Shown here: positions 1-9,753 of the stretch, piece by piece
Layout of the letters: each line of letters starts with the position of its first letter
Position numbering within the stretch: position 1 is the stretch's first letter
Assembly (NCBI GenBank): GCA_030430385.1
Contig: JAUIFO010000008.1
Coordinates: forward strand, 118,126 to 182,125
Source: Bacteroidia bacterium
GTDB lineage: Bacteria; Bacteroidota; Bacteroidia; Flavobacteriales; Flavobacteriaceae
Length of the DNA: 64,000 nt
Direction of reading: 5' to 3'
Position numbers and translations under genes: made by a program
The notes under the pieces: model-generated
Databases searched by the model: none
Told to the model about the DNA's origin: nothing
What the model saw: the letters and a program-made list of their open reading frames with translations, nothing else

Positions 1-444
1 ATCACTCACAGTTCCGCCACTTACTGTAAGGTCTTTTCCGATGTTATATATTTTTTTATCCAGTTTAATTTCTGCTGTGGTTCGTTCAGCAATGATTTCA
101 ACAGTATCAAGGGCTTCCAAATTGAGTGATAAACCTACAACACCTAGATCAATATCATTATTGAGTATTTTGCTGGCATAGGTTTTGGTTTTATATGATA
201 AGTATTCAATTTTGACGTCATAAGTGCCAGCGGTAATTTCTATATTGAATTTACCATCAATATCAGTAATACCTCCAGTGACAACAGTATTTTCTGAAGC
301 ATTAATAAATGAAATCGTAGCGTATTCTAGCGGAAAATTTTCTTCAGCATCAACAACTTTACCAGAAACAGTAATGCTCTTTTGGGCAAATAAGATGTTG
401 GTGAATAAAAGGAGTAGAAGTGGTAATGTTAGTTTTGTGTTCAT
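1..444 (-). CDS. TonB-dependent / outer-membrane beta-barrel receptor, N-terminal part (gene runs off the window start)
   Basis: Absent from the ORF track because it is open at base 1. My minus-strand translation from ATG 444 reads MNTKLTLPLLLLLFTNILFAQKSITVSGKVVDAEENFPLEYATISF...TVEIIAERTTAEIKLDKKIYNIGKDLTVSGGTVSD. This is a signal peptide followed by a carboxypeptidase-regulatory-like domain. No stop occurs down to base 1. Confidence 0.7.
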   Translation of the reverse strand, partial: MNTKLTLPLLLLLFTNILFAQKSITVSGKVVDAEENFPLEYATISFINASENTVVTGGITDIDGKFNIEITAGTYDVKIEYLSYKTKTYASKILNNDIDLGVVGLSLNLEALDTVEIIAERTTAEIKLDKKIYNIGKDLTVSGGTVSD

Positions 445-559
445 GGTTATCAAGTAAAGTACACAGGCTTTGTGTATGTCAAAGATATAACTACTTGTAA
501 CCGAAAAGGGTTAATTTTATGTTAATTGAAATTTGCGAATCGCACTTTATTTTTCAAGA

Positions 560-988
560 TTAATTTTTAGTCTTCTTCTTTCGCTTTTTGCGCTTTTTTT
601 TGAGTTGCTTTTGATTCTTCTTCCAGTCACCTTTGATCTGATTTAGAATGAAATCAATTTCGTGTTTTTCAAGGATAGATTCAAGGTCTTTAAAATGTGT
701 ACGATCTAAAATATCTCTTAGTTCTTGCTTTTCAAGTGCTTCAATTTTCATCGCGTAGATTCGCTGAATTTCATTGAAATAAGAATACATAGTTTGCGAA
801 ACAATTTGAGTTTCAAATTCGTCTAAGTTTAGCTCTGCACAAACATCATTGATAAGGTTGCTTTTAACTTCTTCAGCTTGCTCTTTAAAACTTTCAATCG
901 CGTATTTGCGTTCTGCTTCGGTTTGCGAGTTCATAGTAAAGCAAGACATTAGAGCAATAATAGAACAGAATAATAGTTTCGTCTTCAT
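560..988 (-). CDS. hypothetical exported protein with polybasic C-terminal tail
   Basis: N-terminal signal peptide MKTKLLFCSIIALMSCFTMNSQ. The body looks helical and the tail is KKNQKQLKKKRKKRKKKTKN. I recognise no family. Confidence 0.55.
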   Translation of the reverse strand: MKTKLLFCSIIALMSCFTMNSQTEAERKYAIESFKEQAEEVKSNLINDVCAELNLDEFETQIVSQTMYSYFNEIQRIYAMKIEALEKQELRDILDRTHFKDLESILEKHEIDFILNQIKGDWKKNQKQLKKKRKKRKKKTKN

Positions 989-997
989 AAAGTAATC

Positions 998-1339
998 TTA
1001 TAAAATATCTAAAATAGTGCTAGGAGGTCTTCCCACAACAGCACTTTGATTGTTAATAACAATAGGTCTTTCAATAAGTTTTGGATGTGTGATCATTGCT
1101 TTTATGATATCAGCATCAGATAAGGACTTTCCTTTATAATCTGATTTCCATATCGCTTCATTTTTTCTCACCAAGTCCAAAGGTTTGATACCTAAAAGTT
1201 TAATGATTTGTTTTAATTCCTTTTCTGAAGGAATGTCTTCCAAATACTTAATAACTTCAAATTCCTTGCCAGAATTCTCAAGAATTTCAAGACCTTCTCT
1301 TGATTTTCTGCAACGCGGATTGTGGTATATGCTAATCAT
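998..1339 (-). CDS. ArsC/Spx-family reductase (arsenate reductase-like, glutaredoxin-dependent type)
   Basis: MISIYHNPRCRKSREGLEIL... and ...HPKLIERPIV match the ArsC/YffB pattern (N-terminal Cys, C-terminal INRPIV-like motif). The 113-aa length is typical. Confidence 0.8.
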   Translation of the reverse strand: MISIYHNPRCRKSREGLEILENSGKEFEVIKYLEDIPSEKELKQIIKLLGIKPLDLVRKNEAIWKSDYKGKSLSDADIIKAMITHPKLIERPIVINNQSAVVGRPPSTILDIL

Positions 1340-1343
1340 AATA

Positions 1344-2454
1344 TTATAATTCGTTTGTGTTTTCCTCTTTTTGTCCCATCATCATAAGATAGGATTTTAA
1401 AAATGGTTCAATATCGCCATCCATAACAGCATCAACATTTCCAGATTCATGACCAGAACGCACATCTTTCACCAACTTATAAGGATGCATGACATAGTTT
1501 CTAATCTGGCTTCCCCATTCAATTTTCATTTTACCAGCTTCAATGTCATCACGTTGTGCCATTTGCTTTTGCAATTCAATTTCATACAATTGCGATTTCA
1601 ACATTTGCATTGCACGCGCACGATTATCGTGTTGCGATCGGGTTTCAGAACAAGAAATTTGAATTCCAGTAGGCTTGTGAGTCAATTGAACTTTTGTTTC
1701 TACTTTATTAACGTTTTGTCCACCTGCACCACTAGAGCGCGCTGTTGTAATTTCAATATCTGCAGGATTGATCTCAATTTCGATAGAATCATCTACCAAA
1801 GGATACACATACACTGAAGCAAAACTAGTATGTCGTTTGGCATTACTATCGAATGGTGAAATTCGAACCAAGCGATGCACGCCATTTTCACCTTTAAGCC
1901 AACCAAATGCATAATCGCCTTCAATTTCTAATGTCACTGTTTTGATACCAGCAACATCTCCTTCTTGGAAGTTTAACTCTTTAACCTTAAAGCCACTTTT
2001 CTCGGCATACATTAAATACATACGCATAAGCATACTGGCCCAATCACAGGACTCTGTTCCTCCAGCACCAGCAGTTATTTGAAGTACAGCACTCAAGCTG
2101 TCAGCTTCATCAGAAAGCATATTCTTGAACTCCAGTTTTTCAATGAGCTGTAAGGCTTTGTCATATCTATTTTGAACGTCTTCAGCAGTGGCTTCCTCTT
2201 CTTTATAGAAGTCATATATAACCTCGAGATCTTCAACAAAGGTTTTACCAGAATTATAGTCGTTTACCCAACTTTTTTTTTCTCGAAGCGATTTCATAAC
2301 CAGTTCGGCTTGCTTTGAGTCATTCCAGAAATTCGGGTCAAAAGTTTGTTCTTCTTCGTTGGAGATTTCTATCAATTTAGCATCGATGTCAAAGGTAGTG
2401 CCTTAGTTTGTCAAGGCGTGTATTAAGATCTTTAATTTGATCAGAAGTAATCAT
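1344..2454 (-). CDS. prfB: peptide chain release factor 2, made by programmed +1 frameshift (join 2454..2392, 2390..1344)
   Basis: The body ORF has SPF (RISPFDS) and GGQ ([11 protein letters not shown]). The first 21 codons ([21 protein letters not shown]) lie in another frame from ATG 2454 and end at TGA inside CTT TGA C. Shifting +1 continues as [15 protein letters not shown], which runs directly into the track ORF. Confidence 0.92.
2388..2394 (-). other. prfB +1 recoding site CTT TGA C
   Basis: On the minus strand 2394..2388 reads CTTTGAC, with the in-frame TGA at 2391..2389. TAAGG lies 6 nt upstream of CTT (2405..2401). Confidence 0.9.
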
Positions 2455-2556
2455 AATTTGTGTTTTCACAAAAGTAAAAACCTAAGCGATTAAGCAAAAG
2501 ATTTTAACTACTTTTTTTGTTTTAATTTATGTAGTTTTATAAACTAATTTTTTACT

Positions 2557-5022
2557 ATGAAAACGCGTATCTTCTCCCTCACATGTATTCTATTATCATT
2601 TAGTATACACGCTCAAATATTGAATAAAACGAATCTGGATTCGTATAAAGGTTTTTTTGATTTTTATTACGAAGGGTCAACAGATAACATATACTTAGAA
2701 GTTAAACATTTAGACGAACCGTTTTTGTATGTCAATTCATTGGCTTCAGGAGTTGGATCGAATGATATTGGTTTAGATCGCGGACAATTAGGACGTGAGC
2801 GTATTGTAAAGTTTCAAAAGGCAGGAAATAAGTTACTTCTCGTTCAGCCAAATCAAAATTACAGAGCCAACACAGATAATGCACTAGAAAAGAAGAGCAT
2901 AGAGCAAGCCTTTGCTAAATCTGTTTTGTTTGGATTTGAAATTAAAGAGCAAAAAGGGAATACTTATATTATTGACATAACACCTTTTTTAATGCAAGAT
3001 GCACATGGCGTGGTTGCTACATTTGGAAGGCAAAACGAAGGGAAATATAAATTAGATAAAAGTAAAAGTGCGTTGGCACTTGAACGAACCAAGGCATTTC
3101 CTAAAAATGTAGAGTTTGAAGCTTTATTGACTTTTTCTGGAATGCCAACAGGAAAAAACCTTAGAACAGTTGCTCCAACCGCTTCATTAGTAAGTGTGAT
3201 ACAGCATCATAGTTTTATTGAATTGCCTGACGATGGTTATCAAATGCGTGAATTTGATGTGAGAAGTGGTGCTATTTCAATGTCTTTTATGGACTACGCA
3301 ACTCCAATTCAGGAAGCGATAAAAAAACGCTTTATTATTCGTCATCGTTTAGAAAAGAAAAACCCAAAAGCAGCTGTTAGTGAAGCTAAAGAACCAATAA
3401 TTTATTATTTAGATCCAGGAACACCAGAGCCTGTGAGGTCTGCATTACTTGATGGTGCACGTTGGTGGAATGAAGCCTATGAAGCTATTGGTTATAAAGA
3501 TGCTTTTCAAGTGAAAATGTTACCTGCAGATGCAGATCCAATGGATTGTAGGTACAATGTGATTCAATGGGTACATCGTTCAACTCGTGGCTGGAGTTAT
3601 GGAGGAAGTGTTATTGATCCTAGAACAGGAGAAATTATTAAAGGTCATGTAAGTCTTGGCAGCTTGAGAATTCGTCAGGATTTTATGATTGCACAAGCAC
3701 TTTTAAATAAACCTTTTTCAGAACGTGATGATAACTATCAACCAATGTTAGATATGGCATTGGCTCGTATCAGGCAATTAAGTGCTCACGAAGTTGGACA
3801 CACTATTGGTTTCGCTCATAATTTTGCTGCGAGTACCAACGGAAGAGCTTCAGTAATGGATTATCCGCATCCTACAGTAAAGTTGACTAATGGAGAAGTG
3901 GATTTGAGTAATGCTTATGCTGTTGGCATAGGTGAGTGGGACAAAGTTACGGTTGCTTATAGTTATTCTGAATTTGAGAATGATTCAAATGAAAAAGAAG
4001 AGCTCAATAAGATTTTAAAAGCAGCGACTTTTGCTGGACATCAATTTATTTCAGATTCTGATGCCAGACCAAAAGGTGGTGCGCATGCTTTAGCACATCT
4101 TTGGGATAATGGTAAATCGGCTTCAGAGGAATTACTTAATGTTTTAAAAGTGAGACAAAAAGCCATCGCAAACTTTTCCGAAGATAATATAAGAGAAGGT
4201 GAGCCATACAGTATGCTTGAAGATGTTTTTGTGCCATTGTATTTTTTCCATCGTTATCAATCCGAAGCTGCTGTTAAACTTATAGGAGGTTTAGATTATA
4301 ATTATGCCGTGAAAGGTGATGGACAAACAATTGTTAAACCTGTAGATGTCACGCAACAGAAAGCAGCTTTAGAGGCTTTGCTCAAGACAATTAATGTTGA
4401 AGAGATTGCCATTCCAAAAGAAAAACTTTCACTTTTTCCTCCAAGAGCATTTAGTTATAATAGAGGTAGAGAGTCCTTTGCTAGTAAAACTGGTGTTGCT
4501 TTTGATGCTTTTGGTGCTGTTAATACTGCAAGTGATATGACTCTAGCATTGCTATTGCATCCTGAACGTGCAAATCGTATGATCCAACAGCATAGCTTAA
4601 ATAGTCAACAATTAAGTTTTGAAGCTGTATTACAAACGCTTTTAGAAAACTCTGTAATGAAAAAGCACACCAATTCATATTATAAAGAATTACAGCATAC
4701 AATTAATGCCAATGTATTGAAACATTTAATGAATCTTGCTGTTCATGATAAATCAACGTTTCAAGTTAAAGCGATTGCCAATCAATTTATTGAGAGATTC
4801 AGGCATGTTGGTATTGGGTCAGTTTTGATAGATAGTTCTGAAGTGAAACCAAATAGTTCAACAATTAAAAGGTTTTATCCTATTTCAACTTATAAGAATC
4901 AATATTTAATTACGATTGATCAGTTTTATAAAAACCCAGAACAATTCAAACTAGAAAGTGCACCAATAATTCCAGATGGTTCACCAATAGGAAGCGATAT
5001 TTGTCACTATAACTCACATTAA
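2557..5022 (+). CDS. secreted zinc-dependent metalloprotease (large flavobacterial DUF5117/DUF4953-type)
   Basis: Signal peptide MKTRIFSLTCILLSFSIHAQ and zinc motif HEVGHTIGFAHNF. The 821-aa architecture is typical of this family. Confidence 0.8.
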   Translation: MKTRIFSLTCILLSFSIHAQILNKTNLDSYKGFFDFYYEGSTDNIYLEVKHLDEPFLYVNSLASGVGSNDIGLDRGQLGRERIVKFQKAGNKLLLVQPNQNYRANTDNALEKKSIEQAFAKSVLFGFEIKEQKGNTYIIDITPFLMQDAHGVVATFGRQNEGKYKLDKSKSALALERTKAFPKNVEFEALLTFSGMPTGKNLRTVAPTASLVSVIQHHSFIELPDDGYQMREFDVRSGAISMSFMDYATPIQEAIKKRFIIRHRLEKKNPKAAVSEAKEPIIYYLDPGTPEPVRSALLDGARWWNEAYEAIGYKDAFQVKMLPADADPMDCRYNVIQWVHRSTRGWSYGGSVIDPRTGEIIKGHVSLGSLRIRQDFMIAQALLNKPFSERDDNYQPMLDMALARIRQLSAHEVGHTIGFAHNFAASTNGRASVMDYPHPTVKLTNGEVDLSNAYAVGIGEWDKVTVAYSYSEFENDSNEKEELNKILKAATFAGHQFISDSDARPKGGAHALAHLWDNGKSASEELLNVLKVRQKAIANFSEDNIREGEPYSMLEDVFVPLYFFHRYQSEAAVKLIGGLDYNYAVKGDGQTIVKPVDVTQQKAALEALLKTINVEEIAIPKEKLSLFPPRAFSYNRGRESFASKTGVAFDAFGAVNTASDMTLALLLHPERANRMIQQHSLNSQQLSFEAVLQTLLENSVMKKHTNSYYKELQHTINANVLKHLMNLAVHDKSTFQVKAIANQFIERFRHVGIGSVLIDSSEVKPNSSTIKRFYPISTYKNQYLITIDQFYKNPEQFKLESAPIIPDGSPIGSDICHYNSH

Positions 5023-5024
5023 TT

Positions 5025-6044
5025 ATGATTATAGATTTAAGAAGCGATACAGTTACAAAACCTACAAAAGGAATGCTTGATGCTATGCTATCGGCAAAAG
5101 TAGGCGACGATGTCTATAAAGAAGATCCAACTGTAAATGCCTTAGAGAATCGTTTAGCTGATATGTTTGGAATGGACCAAGCTTTATTTTTTCCTACTGG
5201 AAGTATGGCTAATCAAGCGGCTTTAAAATTACATACCAATCCAGGAGAGCAAGTGATTTGTGATAAATATGCGCACATTTATAATTACGAAGGAGGAGGT
5301 GCTTCTTTTAATAGTGGTATTTCTTGTAAATTAATTGATGGCGATCGTGGTATGTTTACCGCAAGTCAGGTTGAAGCTTCCATAAATCCTCCTGACTTTT
5401 ATCATAGTCCGCTAACCGCTTTAGTTGAAGTTGAAAATACAACCAATAAAGGTGGAGGTGCTTGTTGGGATTTTGAAGAACTTAAGCGAATTCAAACCGT
5501 TTGCAGAAAGCATAATTTAGGTTATCATCTCGATGGCGCAAGACTATGGAATGCTTTGGTTAATACAAACGAAACTGCTAAAGAATACGGACAATTGTTC
5601 GATACGGTTTCTGTGTGTTTGAGTAAAGGATTAGGTTGTCCAATTGGTTCTGTATTGATTGGTAAAAGCGAGTTGATGAAAAATGCTTTAAGGGTTAGAA
5701 AGATCTTAGGAGGTGGTATGCGCCAAGTAGGATATCTAGCTGCTGCTGGACTGTATGCTTTAGACTATCATATCGATCGTCTATCTGACGATCATAAAAA
5801 AGCTAAGGATATTGGAGCTGTACTTCAAGACATGTCGATCATCAAAAAAGTAGAACCTATTGAAACGAATATTGTCATTTTTGAATTAGAATCGCATATC
5901 GATGAAAATGAATTTGTGGCTCAATTAGCTTCAAAAGACATCCATATCATTAGTATGGGAAGTAACAAACTACGAATGGTGACACATTTAGATTATACAG
6001 ATCAAATGCACAACCGATTATTAGAAATATTAAATGAGTTTTAA
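5025..6044 (+). CDS. ltaE: low-specificity L-threonine aldolase
   Basis: N-terminus IDLRSDTVTKPT and PLP-enzyme body (GSMANQ, SVCLSKGLG). Length is 339 aa. Confidence 0.85.
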   Translation: MIIDLRSDTVTKPTKGMLDAMLSAKVGDDVYKEDPTVNALENRLADMFGMDQALFFPTGSMANQAALKLHTNPGEQVICDKYAHIYNYEGGGASFNSGISCKLIDGDRGMFTASQVEASINPPDFYHSPLTALVEVENTTNKGGGACWDFEELKRIQTVCRKHNLGYHLDGARLWNALVNTNETAKEYGQLFDTVSVCLSKGLGCPIGSVLIGKSELMKNALRVRKILGGGMRQVGYLAAAGLYALDYHIDRLSDDHKKAKDIGAVLQDMSIIKKVEPIETNIVIFELESHIDENEFVAQLASKDIHIISMGSNKLRMVTHLDYTDQMHNRLLEILNEF

Positions 6045-6052
6045 CGCTCTTT

Positions 6053-6376
6053 CTACTTAAATAGATCCATTCCTGGAATATTTGGCATCCCAGCTTTTGC
6101 CACAGCTGCAACTTCAGTTTCGTGAACAGATGTAGCACGTTCAATAGCTTTGTTTAAAGTAAGGATCAAGTAGTCTTCTAACATATCCTTATCACTCAAT
6201 AACTCATCATCTATGTTAATTGCCTTTATTGTTCTGTTGGCAGTAATAGTAACTTTTAGCTTATTGTCGTGACTTGCTTCATCTAATAAGACGCTGTGTA
6301 AACGTTCTTTGGTTTCTTCTACTTTTTTCTGAGCTTCTTTAAGTTTGCCCATCATTCCCATCATATCTCCAAACAT
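6053..6376 (-). CDS. YbaB/EbfC nucleoid-associated protein
   Basis: [26 protein letters not shown]... and the C-terminal PGMDLF are characteristic. The track start at 6406 is a TTG extension, so I trimmed to ATG 6376. Confidence 0.85.
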   Translation of the reverse strand: MFGDMMGMMGKLKEAQKKVEETKERLHSVLLDEASHDNKLKVTITANRTIKAINIDDELLSDKDMLEDYLILTLNKAIERATSVHETEVAAVAKAGMPNIPGMDLFK

Positions 6377-6439
6377 ATTGTTAAGTTTTAAAATTATAAA
6401 AGGCAAAATTACTAAATTGCCTGACTTTTAAAAAGAAAA

Positions 6440-8500
6440 ATGAAGACGACTATTGCTGCTCCAATTGCTAGGAAAATTCCGAAAGAACTTGAGAAACATA
6501 ATGATATCAGGATTGATGAATATTACTGGTTGAATCAACGTGATGATCAAAATGTTTTAGATTATCTCAATGCTGAAAATGCTTATTACCAAAGTGAAAC
6601 AGCTCATACCAAGAATTTTGAAAAGGATTTGTTTCATGAAATGAAGGCGCGTATAAAGGAAGATGATTCCTCAGTGCCTTATAAGTATAATGGGTATTGG
6701 TACATTGTGCGTTATGAAAAAGGAAAAGGCTATCCTATTTATGTGAGAAAGAAGGAGTCTCTTGAGGCTGAAGAAGAATTGTTATTCGATTGTAATGTAA
6801 TGGCCGAAGGTCATGGTTATTTTAAGCTAGTAGGCTTAAGTGTAAGTCCTGACAATACGATGATTGCTTTCGGAATTGATACTACAGGTAGACGACAGTA
6901 TAAGCTTCAAATTAAGAGTTTGATTACGAATGAAGTATTTTCAGATGCTATTGAAAATACAACAGGGTCTTCAACTTGGGCAAATGACAACTGTACCTTG
7001 TTCTATACCAAAAAAGACGAACTGACCTTAAGGTCTAATCGTATTTTTAAGCATAAAATTGGCGATTCAGAATCTGATGATGTTGTCGTATTTGAAGAAG
7101 ATGACGATACCTTTGGCGTGGCAGTGTATAAATCTAAGTCTAGGCAGTACATTATTATTGCTTGTTACAGTACACTTACTAACGAGTATCATATTCTTGA
7201 TGCAAGTACGCCTGATGCTGAATTTAAAGTCTTTCAGAAGCGCATAAGAGGTCTAGAATATAGTATTGCACATTTTGAAACAGATTTCTATATCCTTACC
7301 AATAAAGATGATGCGACTAATTTTAAGTTGATGAAAACTCCTGAAAAGGCGACACGTGTTTCTAATTGGAAAGAAGTCATTCCGCATAGAGATGACGTGT
7401 TACTTGAAGATATTGAGATTTTTAAAACCTATTTAGTGATTAGTGAACGTTCAAACGGTTTAAATCAGATTAGAATTAAACGTTGGGACAATACTGAAGA
7501 TTATTATTTACCATTCAATAGTGAAACCTATACAGCTAATGTTGGAACTAATGTCGATTTTGACACTAATGTTTTAAGGTATAGTTATAATTCACTTACG
7601 AATCCTGCTTCTGTGATCGATTTTAATATGGAAACAAAATCGCGAACCATTATGAAAGAGCAGGAAGTGTTGGATCCAAATTTTTATAAATCCAATTACA
7701 TTTCTGAGCGAATTTGGGCTACTGCTTCAGATGGGACTAAAATTCCAATGTCATTAGTTAAGCGAAAAGATACGTTACTCAATGAAAATACACCATTATT
7801 ACAGTATGCTTATGGTAGTTATGGTTCTACTATCGATCCTTATTTTTCAACGATACGATTAAGTTTGCTCGATAGAGGTTTTGTTTATGTTATAGCACAT
7901 GTTCGAGGTGGAGAATACTTAGGCAGACAGTGGTATGAAAATGGTAAACTGCTAAAAAAGAAGAATACATTTTCTGACTTTATAAGTTGCTCAAAGCATT
8001 TAATTTCTGAAGGCTATACATCTGCAAAGCACCTTTACGCAATGGGAGGAAGTGCTGGAGGTTTACTGATGGGTGTGATTTTAAATGAAGCTCCAGAGCT
8101 ATACAATGGTGTCATTGCAGCAGTACCTTTTGTAGATGTGGTAACTACGATGCTAGATGATTCCATTCCGCTCACTACAGGTGAATATGACGAATGGGGA
8201 AATCCTAATGACAAAACGTACTACGATTACATTAAAAGTTATTCGCCTTACGATAACATTAGTAAGCAGCATTACCCTAATATTTTGGTAACTACAGGGT
8301 TACATGATTCACAAGTACAGTATTGGGAGCCAGCAAAATGGGTTGCTAAGCTTAGAACTTATAAACAAGATACTAACAAACTTTATTTGGTGACCAACAT
8401 GGAAGCTGGTCATGGTGGCGCTTCTGGGCGATTTGAAGCTTTAAAAGAAGATGCTCAAGAATTTGCGTTTTTACTAGAGTTAGAGGGAATTTCTAGCTAG
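6440..8500 (+). CDS. S9A prolyl oligopeptidase family protease (oligopeptidase B-like)
   Basis: N-terminal beta-propeller region followed by a catalytic domain with the nucleophile motif GGSAGGLLMG and a C-terminal HGG. Confidence 0.85.
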   Translation: MKTTIAAPIARKIPKELEKHNDIRIDEYYWLNQRDDQNVLDYLNAENAYYQSETAHTKNFEKDLFHEMKARIKEDDSSVPYKYNGYWYIVRYEKGKGYPIYVRKKESLEAEEELLFDCNVMAEGHGYFKLVGLSVSPDNTMIAFGIDTTGRRQYKLQIKSLITNEVFSDAIENTTGSSTWANDNCTLFYTKKDELTLRSNRIFKHKIGDSESDDVVVFEEDDDTFGVAVYKSKSRQYIIIACYSTLTNEYHILDASTPDAEFKVFQKRIRGLEYSIAHFETDFYILTNKDDATNFKLMKTPEKATRVSNWKEVIPHRDDVLLEDIEIFKTYLVISERSNGLNQIRIKRWDNTEDYYLPFNSETYTANVGTNVDFDTNVLRYSYNSLTNPASVIDFNMETKSRTIMKEQEVLDPNFYKSNYISERIWATASDGTKIPMSLVKRKDTLLNENTPLLQYAYGSYGSTIDPYFSTIRLSLLDRGFVYVIAHVRGGEYLGRQWYENGKLLKKKNTFSDFISCSKHLISEGYTSAKHLYAMGGSAGGLLMGVILNEAPELYNGVIAAVPFVDVVTTMLDDSIPLTTGEYDEWGNPNDKTYYDYIKSYSPYDNISKQHYPNILVTTGLHDSQVQYWEPAKWVAKLRTYKQDTNKLYLVTNMEAGHGGASGRFEALKEDAQEFAFLLELEGISS

Positions 8501-8515
8501 TTTCAAAAAAATTAC

Positions 8516-8523
8516 TAATTTTG
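8516..8523 (+). promoter_or_regulatory. candidate Bacteroidota sigma-A -7 box TAATTTTG
   Basis: Exact match to TAnnTTTG, 42 nt upstream of ATG 8565. Confidence 0.45.
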
Positions 8524-8564
8524 CAAGGTTTTATGTTTCATTTTGAAACTGATAAATAGCATTT

Positions 8565-9602
8565 ATGAATCAAGACAAAAATGTATTTGATAATGTGTTG
8601 CAACTTGTTGGTAAGACACCGCTAATCAAATTAAATAAGTTGACTAAAGATTTTAAAGGCGATTTCTTTGCAAAAGTTGAAGCGTTTAATCCTGGTCATT
8701 CTTCAAAAGATAGAATTGCACTTCATATTATAGAAGAAGCAGAACGTCAAGGTATTCTTACTCCTGGAGACACAATCATTGAAACTACTTCTGGTAATAC
8801 AGGTTTTAGTATAGCAATGGTGAGCATTATTAAAGGATACAACTGTATACTTGCGGTGAGCTCTAAATCTTCAGCAGATAAGATCGATATGCTAAAGTCT
8901 ATGGGAGCACAGGTTTATGTGTGTCCTGCTAATGTTAGTGCTGATGATCCTCGTTCTTATTACCAAGTAGCAAAACGTTTACACAACGAAATCAAAGGTT
9001 CTATTTACATCAATCAGTATTTCAATCAATTAAATATTGATGCACACTACAATACGACTGGACCTGAAATTTGGAATCAAACTGAAGGCCAAATCACGCA
9101 TTTAGTAGCATGTAGCGGAACAGGAGGAACGATTTCTGGAATTTCTAAATACTTAAAAGAGCAAAATCCTAACATCAAAGTTATTGGTGTTGATGCTTAT
9201 GGTTCTGTATTGAAGAAATATCACGAAACTCGTGAATTTGATGATAAAGAGATCTATCCATACAGAATTGAAGGTTTAGGAAAGAACCTTATTCCAACAG
9301 CAACCGATTTTGATGCAATTGATACCTTTGTTAAGGTTACTGATGAAGAAAGTGCACACACAGCACGTGAAATTTCTAAGTCTGAAGGGCTGTTTGTTGG
9401 GTACACTAGTGGTGCTGCAATGCAAGCGATAAAGCAACTCAACGACGATGGTGAGTTTAAAAAAGGAGATAAGGTTGTCGTGATTTTTCCAGATCATGGA
9501 TCAAGGTATATGAGTAAGATTTACAGTGATAAATGGATGGAAGAACAAGGCTTCTTCGATAGCCAAACTGAAGTGTCTGAAAGTATTCAATACGTAAAAT
9601 AA
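8565..9602 (+). CDS. PLP-dependent cysteine synthase / cystathionine beta-synthase family enzyme (no CBS-pair domains); candidate cysteate synthase
   Basis: Fold-type II PLP motifs: PGHSSKDR (Schiff-base Lys), TSGNTG and GTGGTISG. Length is 345 aa. It lies next to an AONS-family acyltransferase. Confidence 0.8.
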   Translation: MNQDKNVFDNVLQLVGKTPLIKLNKLTKDFKGDFFAKVEAFNPGHSSKDRIALHIIEEAERQGILTPGDTIIETTSGNTGFSIAMVSIIKGYNCILAVSSKSSADKIDMLKSMGAQVYVCPANVSADDPRSYYQVAKRLHNEIKGSIYINQYFNQLNIDAHYNTTGPEIWNQTEGQITHLVACSGTGGTISGISKYLKEQNPNIKVIGVDAYGSVLKKYHETREFDDKEIYPYRIEGLGKNLIPTATDFDAIDTFVKVTDEESAHTAREISKSEGLFVGYTSGAAMQAIKQLNDDGEFKKGDKVVVIFPDHGSRYMSKIYSDKWMEEQGFFDSQTEVSESIQYVK

Positions 9603-9622
9603 TTATCAAACATATATAGAAC

Positions 9623-9656
9623 ATCCTACTGCATTGGATTGCGGTAGGATTTTTAT
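9623..9656 (+). terminator. rho-independent terminator
   Basis: ATCCTACTGC / GCGGTAGGAT stem (one G-U pair) with an 8-nt loop, followed by TTTTAT. It sits 21 nt after the stop at 9602. Confidence 0.7.
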
Positions 9657-9713
9657 GTTTTTAGAGGATATCAATAATGGGCTAAAATATTATGTCATCA
9701 TAATATAATTAAC

Positions 9714-9721
9714 TAATTTTG
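9714..9721 (+). promoter_or_regulatory. candidate -7 box TAATTTTG
   Basis: Exact TAnnTTTG, 33 nt upstream of ATG 9754. Confidence 0.45.
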
Positions 9722-9753
9722 CCCAACTAATTAGACTAAAATTAATAGCTTTA

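Noticed and set aside
224-457. 77-aa + strand ORF from the track
   Set aside because: It lies entirely antisense to a much better minus-strand reading frame, the TonB-dependent receptor N-terminus with signal peptide that starts at 444. It has a low-complexity composition and no start context.
1449-1817. 122-aa + strand ORF inside prfB
   Set aside because: It is an antisense shadow of the strongly supported RF2 gene and has no recognisable motifs.
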